DNA from: Schmidtea polychroa
Lineage: Eukaryota
Reading direction: 5' to 3'
Assembly (NCBI GenBank): GCA_044892525.1
Contig: CM097885.1
Location: forward strand, 5,148,001-5,212,000
Length of the DNA: 64,000 nt
Both the position numbers and the translations under genes were made by a program. The notes under the pieces are model-generated. The model saw only the letters and a program-made list of their open reading frames with translations. It had not been told where the DNA came from and ran no database searches. Positions 39,313 to 64,000 of the stretch are shown piece by piece (within the stretch, counting starts at the first letter, position 1; each line of letters starts with the position of its first letter).

Positions 39313-42300
39313 TCATGTTTATGCTTAGCCATGTTTATCCCCTTCTATGCTCAATGATGCTTACCGGGAAAATAACCAACCTCAATGAGATAAAATATGA
39401 ATGAGCCAATGCCAGGAGCTTCAAAAAGGATTATCCGATATCAAACCTGACTGAAGTTTTCAGAAAAAAAGAACGTTTGATGCGGGAGTTATTAGCTCTA
39501 GCATCCGAAGACTTAGCCATAAATTAATAAAATTTTTAATGGAATTTGTTTTAATTAATTCTTATGTTTGGTTTATGCTATTTTTGTCCTTTTTTTGAAT
39601 AATATTATAATTTAGGTTGGGTTTTTCATGATATTTATGTGTCAATGTTCTGGGCTGGGGAAGGTTTGTGGACGGGCGGCACTACGTGCTGTTAGTCGGC
39701 AGATGTTTCGCCAGTTGAGTCCATCAGGGTAGGGGATATAGATAGGGATATGGACGGTTGGAGAGGGTAAAATCAATTTGCGATAGTTTAGGGCTTTATT
39801 TAGAGTTAAATAGTATAGGACGGCTCAGTCACTCTTATTTTCATAGATATTTTCGAGTTAGAAGAAATAATAGGATAGTTATGTCCAGTTGTCGGTAGGC
39901 AAAGTAGGTTTAGGCAATCTTATAGAAACCACGAATAGTTAAGATATCCGATAGTTCAGGATTAGAAATACAGGCAGATCCCTGCTCAAATTTTCATGAG
40001 AAGTGTGGAAACATGTTTATTCACTTGTGAATAAGGGCCAATCCCTGCTCAAATTTTTTTGAAGGACCATTTGGATATTATAGGAAGTATATAACAATAA
40101 TTATTAAAGGGAAAATAAAGGCGCATCCATGCACCAAATTTTGAAAAGAAACAATAGAAAACATCCACAAATGAGGACCATAGAAAAGTAGAAAGCATAA
40201 ATAGGGAATGATTAATGACGTAAGACCTTCTCTCGGCCGTCTAGAACCCGAAGAGAAAATAAAATGGGGAGTAGTTTTAGCAATAGATTATCAACATGGT
40301 CATCGCCGTGGGTACACAAATGGTTTAAGGTGCAATAGTCATGGAGGTGCTTAGGAAAGAGTCGAGTAAATAACTAAATTACCCCTGACGTATTAAAAAT
40401 ATAAAATGACACACCCCTAAGTAACCAACAGTTATAAGATTTTTTTCTTTCTAAGACGAAATTAAATAAAGAACATCAATCGCTGTTAAATCTTTCCAGA
40501 GTTTGGGGTGGAATTGGAGATTTTCTACTGCTTTGATCCGGTTTTCACCGCAAGGTTCTGTACCTTTCTGAATCGTGATTTGGAACAATCACATTATTCA
40601 TAATCTTTATAAAATTTCAAATATTTATTTAATTGAAATTGATGAAATTTTATTTCATTTTAATAATGTCTCTGACTCTGGATTGCAGCGTTACTGTTCG
40701 CGCACTTACTCTTCATTACTTGGAACACTAAAAAAATATTCACAATAATCAAGAAAATGTAGATTCGAATTTTAAACCTACCCCTGAACATTTCCCTCTT
40801 TAATTTATCCAATCGACTTATGGCAGCTAATTTTTATTTATCGTTTTATTTTCGTTTTATCCCAATGTCATTTTATACTTAAATTTGAGAACTTCTACAT
40901 GAATACTTAACTCTACACAGATGGAGTGTCTCATAGGCCACATTGAAATTTGTCGCCTCGAAATGGGGCAGCAGTCAAAAAGTATTTTAACATATTTTTA
41001 ATTTCATTTTATATCTTTTGTTTATATACAGTTAGTAATTAAAACAATGTTTATAATCGGTATAAATAGGGAATGATTAATGACGTAAGACCTTCTCTCG
41101 GCCGTCTAGAACCCGAAGAGAAAATAAAATGGGGAGTAGTTTTAGCAATAGATTATCAACATGGTCATCGCCGTGGGTACACAAATGGTTTAAGGTGCAA
41201 TAGTCATGGAGGTGCTTAGGAAAGAGTCGAGTAAATATCTAAATTACCCATGACGTATTAAAAATATAAAATGACACACCCCTAAGTAACCAACAGTTAT
41301 AAGATTTTTTTCTTTCTAAGACGAAATTAAATAAAGAACATCAATCGCTGGTAAATCTTTCCAGAGTTTGGGGTTTGTCGCCTCGAAATGGGGCAGCAGT
41401 CAAAAAGTATTTTAACATATTTTTAATTTCATTTTATATCTTTTGTTTATATACAGTTAGTAATTAAAACAATGTTTATAATCGGTCTCCAGATTTGAAA
41501 AATGCAGCTGTACGAAATATTCTAGAAAATGTTTGTTATTTCTGAATCGAAAAGTGGAAGCAAATAAGTCATCATTTCAGAAATTAGTGCTCAATAATCT
41601 TATTTATTTGTCTACATACATTTTGAATTTTTGGGTGTGAATAATTGACTTTTATATTTCATTCTGTGTACTCGGCGGGATGCTAGTACAGTACGATATA
41701 TATAGAGTTCAGTAGTTACAATTATTTTTATTTGTAAATACTCAAAATTCATGGTTTTTTATATAAATTAGGATTTATTTCCATAAAGCTCCGTAGGCCG
41801 TATGCGGCCTAAAGGCCACAAGTTCTCCACCCCAGGTCTAATAATTTCAATGACATGAATTTATCACATTTTATCGAAAAAAACTCACTCGTCCTCGTGC
41901 GTTAACTGATGTTAACTCTCGTACATAAAAATTTAAAGTTAAAATTAATATAAACATCAAATATATCCACATCTCTTACCTCTTTCAAAATCTTTTGACG
42001 AAAGGCCAAGTAGAAATTATTTAATATCGAAATAAAATAAATTTCATTTAATAACGAATTTGTAATTGGAAACCTTCTGACACCAGAAAAGTTTCTAATA
42101 GAGTGCTTGGAAGAACTAAACCGCTGTTTCCCAAAATAGGACGTAAGGTCCTAAGGAGACCTTGAAAAAATTTGAGAGGTTTTTAATTTTTTTTGAGAAC
42201 AAAAAGACCTTTTAATTTATATTTAACATATTGCTTTTCAAAATAAAAAATAATATTATTCAATTTTAAATTTATAAGACAGGGTGCATTACTATTGTTG

Positions 42301-42399
42301 GGTTATTGGGTTGCTGATAAATTTAAAGTTTTTACCCTGACTCCAAGCGTGTCTTTGACTGATTTTGACAATTGATTCAATTGACAATTTCGGGAATGA

Positions 42400-43665
42400 T
42401 ATTAAAATATACTGCAATTAGGGTTCGCAGAAGAACACGAAATTTAGGGTTTTAAAGCCTCAAATGGATGGATATATAAATTCCATAAACGACACAATAT
42501 GTCATCAAGAAAAATAGTTGGAGAAAGCTTCAGTGCAGACAAAAATTCGGCCAAAGAGTTTTCTAGAAATGTTGGAGCCAAGCTGGAAGAATATGAACCC
42601 AACATATTTAATAATGACGAGTCCGTGTTGCTTTGGAAAATTTTCCTGATAGAAGCACATGATTTTAATATTGAAGGTACTAAATAAGCTAAAAATAGGG
42701 TTAGCATATTATCTGGTGTCAGTGAAACGGGTGAGAAATTGGATATATTGTGATAGGCAACAGTAAATCTCCAAGAGAATTTAAAAATGTCAAGGTTGAG
42801 TCTCTTGGAGTTTTATATGATTATAGTGCTTCATCTTGGAGAACAAGAGAGATATTTAAAAAATATTTTGAAAACTTAAATAGTCAATTTATTACACAAA
42901 ACCGTAAAATTTTGGCTATTCTTGATAATTGTAGTTCCGTTGCTGTTGCTGACTATTCCAATATTAAATTTATGATTTTGCCTGCAAATAATACATCACT
43001 AATCCAGCCGCTAGATCAAGGAATTATCTACAATTTCAAGTTGAAATATCGATAAAGTTTTCTTAATTCCATTTTTTCTTTAGTACCTAACAATTTGCAA
43101 GCGAAAATTTCCAATTTCAATATCTTAAACGTAATTCAACGTGTAGTAACTGCTTGGAGCCAAGTAAAAGAATCTACTATAATCTGTTGGTTTAAAAAAA
43201 ATTTATTCATATCATTTAAGTCAGACAGAACCAATACTTGATTTAAGTTTTTAAGCTGAAGAAACAAGTGTAATAACTATACTTAATAATATGACACAAG
43301 ATTACTTGACGTCCCCTTTGTTAAAACAATATATTGAATGCGATTCTAAATTTAGGTTTGTTGAATTAGGAACACATAAAATAGCAGATCATGCGCTAAA
43401 AAACTAAACGAAACAATTCAGCTTCTAGAATCCGAAAGAATATCTGAACTAAAAGAACTTAAAAAGAAAATAGTTGATATTAAAGAAAAATTATATTCTC
43501 CATGAAAGTGTTCGAGTTAGAAAATCTATTTAATGATGAAATTAATAAATAAATTTGCTTTAATGTTTAGTTTAATGTTTTTTACTCCCCACGTATAACG
43601 AAAAATTCGTTATACGGGGGGAGTTTTCGCCGGTCTCGACTTATTCGTTATAGGGGGTTTCACTG
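42400..43665 (+). mobile_element. Tigger/pogo (CENP-B HTH + DDE_1) transposon remnant with right TIR
   Basis: GFKASNGWIYKFHKRH..GES, IFNNDES, LDNCSS, PANNTSLIQPLDQGII; ends GGGGGTTTCACTG|TA. Confidence 0.9.
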
Positions 43666-43877
43666 TATAAAGTAATATTAAAATAAACAAAATTTTTAAA
43701 CAAAATTTTAATTTAATAATTTAATTTAATTTAAAGCTTAATTTTTATGTTATTTGTTTATTTATAATAAGTTTAAAAAAACCTAAATATTATAGAAAAC
43801 ACAAATGAACTTTTTCTAATTGTTTTAAAGTTTAAAATATTTAAAATTTTAATATATTGTGATTTTTTTTTATTTTA

Positions 43878-44380
43878 ATGCTTAGTAGAGCTCTCAATTT
43901 AATCAAGTCACCAACATTTAATACTCTCAACAAAGTTGTCATTCCATTTGTAAAAGGATTATTAATAATAATTTCATTTAGAATATTTTTCAAAATGGAT
44001 CTAATTTAGTTGTTTCGGCAAAATTCTGTTCCAAAGAAGACATTCACCAAAAAATCAATGATATTGTCAAATCTGACTCATTGGTTATATTTATCAAAGG
44101 TACTCCCGAGGAGCCAGCTTGTGGATTTAGTAATGCAGTTATTCGAATTCTTCAAATGCATGGGATTAAACGATATCGATCTATAAATGTTCTTGAAAAT
44201 GAAGACATCCGAGCAGGAGTTAAAGCATATTCAAATTGGCAAACGATTCCTCAGGTTTTTATCAATGGTGAATTTATAGGTGGTTGCGACATCATGCTTG
44301 AGTTGCATAAATCTGGTGCGATTGTGGAAGAATTGAAAAAGGCCGGATTAAAATCAGTTTTGCAGGAGCCAGCCTCATGA
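43878..44380 (+). CDS. GLRX5: Monothiol glutaredoxin-5, mitochondrial (probable exons 43878-43934 and 43982-44380)
   Basis: KGTPEEPACGFS, WQTIPQVFINGEFIGGCDI; basic N-terminal presequence MLSRALNLIKS; phase-0 intron (donor could instead be at 43950). Confidence 0.93.
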
Positions 44381-44864
44381 TTTAATGAGATTTATTCGTG
44401 TTTTTTTGGTAAAAAATAGTTTTAGAGATGTTTTCTGATATTTCGATTTGAAATTTATTTATTCATTGTTTTGATTGAATGGTTATTGGTTATCAACTGA
44501 GTTATTTATACGTGTAAATCCTTCTTTGGAGCCGTGTTGAATTAGCTATATGAACGTTTTTAACTAATGGATAATAAACATTTCAGAAAATATTATCTAC
44601 TGATAAATTTATCAGTAGACAAATTTGCTTAAAATACCTCGATTGTGAGAAAGGAGGAATTTTTGAAACAAATGTCAATCTTTTCATATTCCTTTGTTTT
44701 TAACAGTAACTTCTAAATCTAGTGGTGGGATTTGTATCTAAGAGTTTAGGGTGAAGGCGATTGGGTACAGGGAATTACGTGCTGCCTAGGGATATGGAAA
44801 TATTGAGTTGTTCATCGAGCTCTAAGGGTTCTTGATCTCGTCATTTCCTTTACATATTCTAGTT

Positions 44865-45590
44865 CAAAGGTGGGCAAAAGCCAGTCCGCGTGCCGTATCC
44901 GGATTTTTTGCTTATTTCATCCGGCCCGTTGAAAATCCCTCATGCAATTTTTTAAATCTCTCATACGATTTTATTGAAATCAACAGTTTTAGTGTGCGTA
45001 GTGTACATATAAATAATAGACAGTAATATAATTTTGAACAGCCGTAACCATACTACTTTAATGTATGCTACATATTCACAAAGCGCGTGGTTGGCTGACT
45101 ATATAAAATTGAACGTGTACTCTTCAAGGGATGACAGGTCACAGCACGCGTACTGTTTATTTTGATTTAGCACTGGTCACATACTCGTCGTCATTTCTTT
45201 TAAGATCACGTTTCGCATTAACTATAAGTATTCTATTTTAACGTTTGATGTTTGTCTTTTCTATTTACAAAATGCAATATAAACATAAGAATTTAATAAC
45301 TATGTATCAATATTACATATTTTGTAGTGTTAAGATATAAATAATTAACAATATAAAATCTGTCATTAACTGTTTTATTTAATGATCATTAATTTAATAT
45401 AATTAATATCGACATTTTACTGGCACAAATTGTTCGCATGTACACCCAAGTTAGACAATTTCTTGGGCAGGAAAAAAACTCCACCCAAAACATTCGCGTG
45501 TGAACAGCGTAGGCGGTATAGTTATATGGCCCGGGAGACATTTTGAAAATTTCATTTTGGCCCGTGCTTAAAAGTATTTTCTCACTCCTG
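44865..45590. mobile_element. hAT MITE with 8-bp TSD TTCTAGTT
   Basis: TTCTAGTT|CAAAGGTGGGCAAAA...TTTTCTCACTCCTG|TTCTAGTT. Confidence 0.85.
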
Positions 45591-45716
45591 TTCTAGTTCA
45601 TAGTCCATATGCATCCTTTTTATCAACTGGTAGGTTGCAGATAAAGTAACCCTATACCTCTTTGTGCGTTACCGAGAGTTCTCTAAATTCATTCCTCAGC
45701 AAGGTCATCTGCACAA

Positions 45717-45900
45717 TTATTTCTTCTCTAATCCCATTTCATCAACATTTCGACCACTAATGTAACTTACTGAGCTTGAGTCCTCGAGCAAAGCATTCAC
45801 TTTAAACGTTTTACTGCTCTTTTGAAGATGAATGGGAATCGTTCTCAAGTTTAAGTATACTATGCTCTCAGTTTTAATTACATCAGCACCATTTGTCATC
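45717..45900 (-). mobile_element. BEL/Pao aspartic protease fragment
   Basis: LRTIPIHLQ..KVNALLEDSSSVSYIS..MGL resembles the BEL/Pao protease (ALLDxGS). Confidence 0.65.
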
Positions 45901-46704
45901 ATTTTTCTTTTCTCTTTCTTCATTCCACTATAAAATGACCTTTCTATCCACCACTTTTAAATTTTCATACTGATCCAGGTAGTGTGGCCCTTTGCATTTT
46001 ACAAACTGAAACTTTATAGTTAAATTTCCTTTTTTGATTTCATAATTCGTTGTTCCTTTGTTGTCTTTTACTTCTTCAATCACTGCTGTAGAACACTGTC
46101 TCTACTAATAGCTAATACTAATTTTTCATTTCTCCTTCTCGCACCGGTCTAAATGTTATAATTACTGTTAGCATTAATTAATAACTTCTTTCTTCTCCAC
46201 CATAACGCCGATTCAATTTTTCTTTTGTCATTTTATATTATTTCGATTAAATGAAGTGGTTCGCCTGCTAGATGCTGTCTTAAATGTATCATTTTGTCTT
46301 CTATCTGCTTGGTCAATCTGTACCTTTCCATCAAAATTTGGAATATCTAACTTCTGCAATCTATTTAAAGTTTTCTTCCCATGGTTGATTCAGATTACGA
46401 TGTTTTTGACTTTCACTCACAAGACATTTTTATGTTCTTTTTTACATTAATCTATGTACTTCTTCATTTCGAACTCACAAATCTCTTTTTCAACAAAATC
46501 TATTTCTTCCTTCTTATTTAATTTTTCACATAACTCGACGAGTCTTCGCCATTCGTCCAATGTCTCTTCAAACTCTTTTTCATAGGTTACGATTGTGTTC
46601 ATTATATTTGCAACCATTTTTACCAACAATTAATTACGCGCTCGAGTTGCACTCCATTTTTGGGAACGCCACCGAGTCCATAAATTCTTGTACATCTCAT
46701 TACC

Positions 46705-46925
46705 ATTACCACCTCCTTTTAAACACAATCCAAATGAATAGACAACTCATTGCAAAGATTGTAATCCAATAATTCTCCTCGTCCTTCTAATTGCCTGACA
46801 GCATAAATTGACCTTTGCTGCCCTAAAGGAATTCCTTCTTTTTCTTGAATTTTGGTCATCACATTTTCAATTTCATCACTCAATTTTGCTTCCAAAGAAA
46901 TTTTCTTTCTTACAAATATTTGCAT
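46705..46925 (-). pseudogene. Degenerate intronless ubiquitin
   Basis: [44 protein letters not shown]; a frameshift restores LCLKGG. Confidence 0.85.
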
Positions 46926-47849
46926 TTTCTCTTTTAATGGTGAAAATGAATAAAGGTGTAGATTCCTTTTAAATATTTTTTATGTTGTGCATGCATGTCA
47001 TCATTTTAAAGACAAATTAATTATAATCGCATATTATTAAAAATATTAAGGAAGCCCAAAAGCTTGATAAAGAGAAAGTTTAAGCAGAACCAGATGTATT
47101 AAAAGGAGATGGTAATAAACTTTTAGAGAAAGATCAATTGAAATCTATTACAAAATATTTAAGAGGAATAACCCAACCCAAAGATGATAGCTTCCTAAAA
47201 TGATTAGGACAAGAAAATGTAGTAGAAATTATCAAACTAGGAGAGGGAATATGGCTCAAACCATATTAGAAAAGGTTGTACATAAAATATGAATATTCAC
47301 TTGGATATGACATTCCATGAGGCAATAGGAATAGAAAGTAGGGAATCATGGTTCAATGATAATAAATTCATCGTTACATTAATAATGCTAACAGTAATTA
47401 TAAATGACATTTTATTTTTAAATTTGCATTTAAGATACAAATCATCAAAAACCTCAATTAATTTTTTTATAAGATGATTCAATAAGAAAGCCGTTACACA
47501 AATATATAAGTGTTTTTATTGCTTTTTATTGTTGCGCGTGGTATTTTCTTTGCTTATAAGAATGCATTGTTTACGTTTATGACAGATTTATAGTAATATG
47601 TGATTGGTCACTCTCTGTGGGCAAGTATTTTTTTGTCAGTGTTCCACGTAAAAAAATCATATGAATGGTGTTCCGCGGTTTTAAATTAATTGAGAACCAC
47701 TGCATTAGAGAATGATAATTTGTGAAACATATCATCACTGACAGGGTTATAAATCATGATCATTTCTATATAGAGAATCTGCTCATTCAACTTGTAATAT
47801 TAATAGTAAATCGCTTAAATTCATTCCAATAATATTCCATAATCTATTT

Positions 47850-48300
47850 GGACATGATGGACATTTTTTCATAAAAAGTTATCAGAGAATGCCAAGAATA
47901 TTTTCAAGGTTATAGATAAAACAAAAGAAAAGTATAAATGTTTTGACTTTGAATGTTTAAAATTTATTGATTCATTGTATCAAGTATATAGATGCCACTA
48001 CTCTTTATTCTGGAATCATGACTCGGTATCTTCCATATGTAGATTTTAAATAGCTCGATGTTGTAGGACCTATGGATGAGGATAGCCTTGTACAAGAAAT
48101 CTTGAATCCACCCGATGATTCAGAAATTGCATCTATTTTTAGAAGTATATTTAGGTTATCCTTATTCAATAAAGAAGAAGTCGATGTTCTTTCCATATGC
48201 TCTAATAAGAAAGAATATATTATCAGATGATTTGTTGACATAGCAACCAGAAATAATATCATCTAGTACTAAGGGTGTGAAGAAATCAGTATGTGACCAA
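47850..48300 (+). pseudogene. Polinton protein-primed DNA polymerase B fragment
   Basis: KYIDATTLYSGIMTRYLPYVDFK* ... ILNPPDDSEIASI/LEVYLGYP matches pPolB YxDANNLYGxAM..LP..F.W...DDS..GYILEVDLEYP; LKFIDS just upstream. Confidence 0.7.
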
Positions 48301-48768
48301 AATGATAAAAAGAATTATCTCCTTCATTTCAGAATGTTAAAATTTTTAATCAACAGGGTATGATATTTCAACATGTTCACAATACACAAATACCCATAAC
48401 TTTTATATTCTTGATATTGAAAAGAGGAAAGAGGCAAAATCTATTAATGAATTTGGGGTCATGTTGTATAAAATATTGAATAATGCAGTATTTGGTAAAG
48501 TAATGGAAGGAATATTCAACTTTTTAAAAAGCATGAAAAGAATAAGTACAACAAAATTTACCTATCAATAATAGTGATATTGAAAATCGAAAAATTAATT
48601 ATTATATTTATATTCAAAAAATTAATAATCTCTAATTTATAAAGTTATAAATTTTATGAATTAACATATTTTTTAAATTTCAAATATTGTTTTACTAGGC
48701 TTTTGGTTTGTTCATAAATAGTCAGATTTTTGTTTGATTAATTTATCATTTGAAACAGACAAATAGGA

Positions 48769-51877
<3,109 letters not shown>

Positions 51878-51909
51878 TATGAATGAAATTGACAATAATA
51901 ATAATAATA

Positions 51910-51948
<39 letters not shown>

Positions 51949-54517
51949 GATAATGATGATGATGATGATGACTTTCTTATTTGAATAAACTGTTTCCGTG
52001 CCGCTGATTATTATTTGTGATAGGTTGGTGACGAGGTTCTTTTACTGCGATTCCTGTATTTTCTGTGTGTTGTGAGAGTTGGCGTGTTGCATATCCATCT
52101 GTGAGCGTGTGAGTGTGTGCGCGTTTAGCACCTGCCATTGGTCAGCTGGCAGTGAATGATACTGTACAATGATTTGTGTGGGCCAATTATTATGCTTTGA
52201 ATTGATTCTGTTGCAGATGATGATGCTGCTGCTAATGCACATTTGGCGGCCATAGCTGGAACATTATTCATACTACTGTGTTGCAATAATCAATCAATCC
52301 AACAAACCTTTACTTCTGATTTCATTTCTCATCATTAAATCGATTTGTTCTTGTGAAATATTGATTAAATTCTGATCAATTACAATTATATTGAGCTGTC
52401 TCTACTTGAGATATTGATTAAATTAATTGAATTCTGATTAACTGTTGTACACAATTATCTTGAACTTTGATCGGTTGCGTTGAAGTTGGAATGGGTTTGA
52501 AGGAGTTCAAATCACATGTTAATGACATTGAGTGGTAGTGCAAATGTCCATATTTGAATGGAATAATATGTCGTTTACTGCTTGGTGCAGGATTTATCAG
52601 TAACGCTTTAGTGTAGGTAAGCTGAGAAAGGATTTCAAATTATTGAACGCACTTCTGATGATTCCTTAAATGAAGTTTCTCTTGCATGATTTTCATCATA
52701 GAACTAACCTTGACCTTAAATGGCTTATAAGTTAAAGACTAATGTGAAAATATCGAGCTATAATCACTAAAAAGTGGTTATAATTGTTTGTAAGTATATT
52801 TTTAAGCCTCTATAATAGGTGTAAAGACAAAAATACTAACTGATCAGTTCTCGCTTTTACCAATAAATGGTCCCTACCCAGTACTCAGTATATGTCATTG
52901 ATGCACCTGGTCCTTAGTAATGGTTGCCGCACTTTACGCCATAAATGACAACTGTGCAACTTTAGCATTGGGTTTCTAAATCTACTTTGTTAAATGAAAA
53001 ATATTTTTTTTGCAAAGAAATTTTTCACTGAAAAGTCTCACCCAAATTTTTAAGTATTTTTCAATTCTATGAAGAAGTTTCGATGATTAAATTATCAAAA
53101 TCTCAAAGATATGGACTTGCCATTGCAAGAGTAATTAGTTATTATAAACGGTTGTAAAAGAGTGATGGCGCCTTCATTATAAGGTTTGAACTTTTCGAAT
53201 GAATTCGATTAGAAAAGAATTATATTAACTTCCGATACTTGTTGATATGAAGAATGAATTGCTTTGAAAAGAAGTAAAAGTATATGAAGATTATCTGGAA
53301 GTATATAATCACATGTTTCCATGAATTGATTACGCTGAAACTGGAATCTTGAAGTGGAGTAAAATTCTTACAAGTGCACTTTTATTGAAATATTCCATAA
53401 CTATGAGCCATTCAAGCTAATTACCACTGAAATGGCTTGATAAAACTTCAATAGGCTTTCATATGATTAACCTGATTGTCCTTGGGACGATAAATTTACA
53501 TCCTATGCAAATGTATATATTAGGATTCATGAGTAAGGGACACCAAATAATATCAAATTCCGTTAATATTTTTACAGATTTCTCGTGTTTATATTCAAAA
53601 TATTTGCATTTCTTGAATTTCTTTACAGCAGTCCAAAAGAAAGTACAACTGACGGTGAATATTTCATTATCTTACTGCTGAATCTAAACCTTGTCTATAA
53701 GATAGGTAATCTGTTGTATATTGCATAATTCTCTGAAACTTTTATCCCAAATTCCATTTACTGAATATCTGGTACGACAACGTGGAATTTATCAATACTT
53801 TGGCATATTATTATTGGAATGAAATGCAATTATTTCACAGACATTCGATAATTGCAAAATGATAGTCAATAAATAATTGGCATATTCAGCCACTAGGAAA
53901 TATTTGTGACAACGAAGGCATTTTGTGTTTCCACATTTATATGGAGAAAGGTCAACATGTACAATCACGAGAATAATGCAAGACAAATAATAATTGAAAT
54001 CAAGATAAACATAAAATTGATTATAAAGTTTCAATAGAAGATAACACCGAGAAAAAGAAATGCAACGAACATGAGATTCGATAATATTTGATATAATTCC
54101 GTCACCTCATAAAGCTAGACAAGGCCTACATGATATAATTACGGCTAATAGCAAACCCAAAAATATAGATAATTAATTCCTGCAGACCCTACAAACGTTT
54201 GATAATAATCTTTAGCACTGAATTCCAGAAAGGATCGACTTTACCTACACGAGATTCCAGGAGTTTCAGCGATAACTCACTATCATATTCAAGTTCAAAG
54301 TCTTCGATTCCTGTCTCACTTCTTCCATTCGTTAAATCATTTCCATTTCCATTGTCTTATTTTTAGTTTTTATCTATTTAATTTATAGATTTCTGATATC
54401 TATAGTAAAACATTTACCATATATATTGTTTTGCTTCTTTTATATCTACCAACATAGTTTATATGTCAACTTCTAATTATATACTTGACCTAATTTATTT
54501 ATGTTTAACCTTAAATG

Positions 54518-55285
54518 CAGTGCCGGATTTAGATCTGATAAGGCCCTGGGCTATTTGAAATATGGGGCCCTTTATAAGACCAGATATCATATCTCAGCGC
54601 CAAATATGATTTTCAGATACCTAGAGGGATAAACTGAAATACAATTAAGAAGTATAGATAGTGAAATAATAAATCGTTAATTTAAAATCATTTTTATTCA
54701 TAACAAACTTAAAAATGCAAACTCTGATAAAAAGAAGCAAAAGATCTTTTAAAAAAAAACAATTTACAAACGCTTATTATCTAATCTCTTGAAACATGCT
54801 ATGAGAATTAAGGAATTATATTAAACTGAAATATTTTCTTTCTTGCATTTACCTGAGCAAAGTCATTGAGGACATCATCGAATGATAAACTGCGTAGTTT
54901 GTCACTTTCTATACACATGAGACTGAGGGAACATAATTTATCTTGAGTCATTGTTGTTCTAAATTCAGAAGCTGTCGAAATTTATCAGTAATCTCAGTTG
55001 TCATAAATATGGCTAAACAAAACCTAGGCACAACAGCGCTTTGCATTTGTTCTTCGAATTGACGTCCTAAAAGAATTGGATGAAGAGTATGGGACGTTTC
55101 AGACATGCGGCAGTAGGAAAATAATGCTGTAGTCGACATGAAAATTTCTCATTCGGACACTTCGGAATGAAAAAAATAGAGCAATAGTACTGACAAGATA
55201 AGACAGACATATGCAAGATATATTTTCCCACTCGAAACCCACCAATTTTTATGAAGCACAAAATAAACCAATGAAATTTCCAAGT
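54518..55285 (-). mobile_element. hAT transposon 3' remnant
   Basis: MTQDKLCSLSLMCIESDKLRSLSFDDVLNDFAQVNARR (hAT dimerisation domain); terminus CAGTGCCGGATTT..GGGGCCC at 54518. Confidence 0.75.
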
Positions 55286-55580
55286 CAAATTATCGATATA
55301 AATGTGTGAAATAAATATTCAATAATAAATATAAATAATCAATAATAATTACAAATAATCAATATTATTAATAGTCAATAATAATTATAAATATTCAATA
55401 ATAAATATAAATAATCAATTATAATTACAAATAATCAATATTATTAATAGTCAATAATAATTATAAATATTCAATAATAAATATAAATAATCAATTATAA
55501 TTTTCATAATTATTGTGAATCACGAAATTAACAACCAATGAAAGTTATTGGCCAAATTATCGATATAAATGTGTGAAATC
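55286..55580. repeat. AT-rich ~78-bp tandem repeat flanked by a 27-bp direct repeat
   Basis: CAAATTATCGATATAAATGTGTGAAAT at ~55286 and ~55553. Confidence 0.75.
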
Positions 55581-55791
55581 AATCGATAATAATCAAAAAT
55601 AATTATTTATCAAATTTCTAGATATTGAAAATACAGAATAGTTGTGCGAATAATTTCATTGATAACCATTATCAAATAAATAAATAATCGATAACACACA
55701 CACACACACAAATATATAGCACAATTAAATCGATAAAATTGTGCAGTCACGCATGAATGAGTCATGAAGTAGCAAATCAATTACCCACGAA

Positions 55792-64000
<8,209 letters not shown>

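Noticed and set aside
48005..48262. Minus-strand 85-aa ORF
   Set aside because: Shadow of the plus-strand pPolB relic.
52600..54300. Short ORFs between Rab1 and the hAT remnant
   Set aside because: No recognisable motifs or splice-consistent model.

Overview
AT-rich eukaryotic DNA with (AAT)n microsatellites and ~50-bp GT-AG introns. It is most consistent with a planarian/flatworm genome; this is an inference. The window has three zones. (1) ~4.1-10.7 kb is a decayed endogenous Polinton/Maverick (adintovirus-like) virus. It has a packaging ATPase, an rve integrase with chromodomain-like tail, a penton N-terminus joined by deletion to a capsid C-terminus, and an adenain-type protease. It also carries unusual cargo: a two-repeat TBP-like gene, an IAP-type RING gene and small spliced ORFs. 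Its integrase is interrupted by a hairpin insertion with exact GT...AG, frame-restoring ends. (2) 11,089-41,851 is a ~30.8-kb inverted duplication with arms of ~14.2 and ~14.6 kb and a ~2-kb spacer on a scrambled MULE transposase relic. The arms hold RLE and NeSL/LIN-type (Ulp1 protease) non-LTR, Gypsy and solo-LTR remnants, and each arm has its own deletions and conversion-like patches. (3) 42-64 kb has the host genes GLRX5, Rab1 and an S9 peptidase (5' end outside the window). Between them lie Tigger, hAT MITEs, a BEL fragment, a ubiquitin pseudogene, a Polinton pPolB relic and an intronic Penelope element with a minimal hammerhead ribozyme. Family calls come from motif recognition by eye; no database searches were run.
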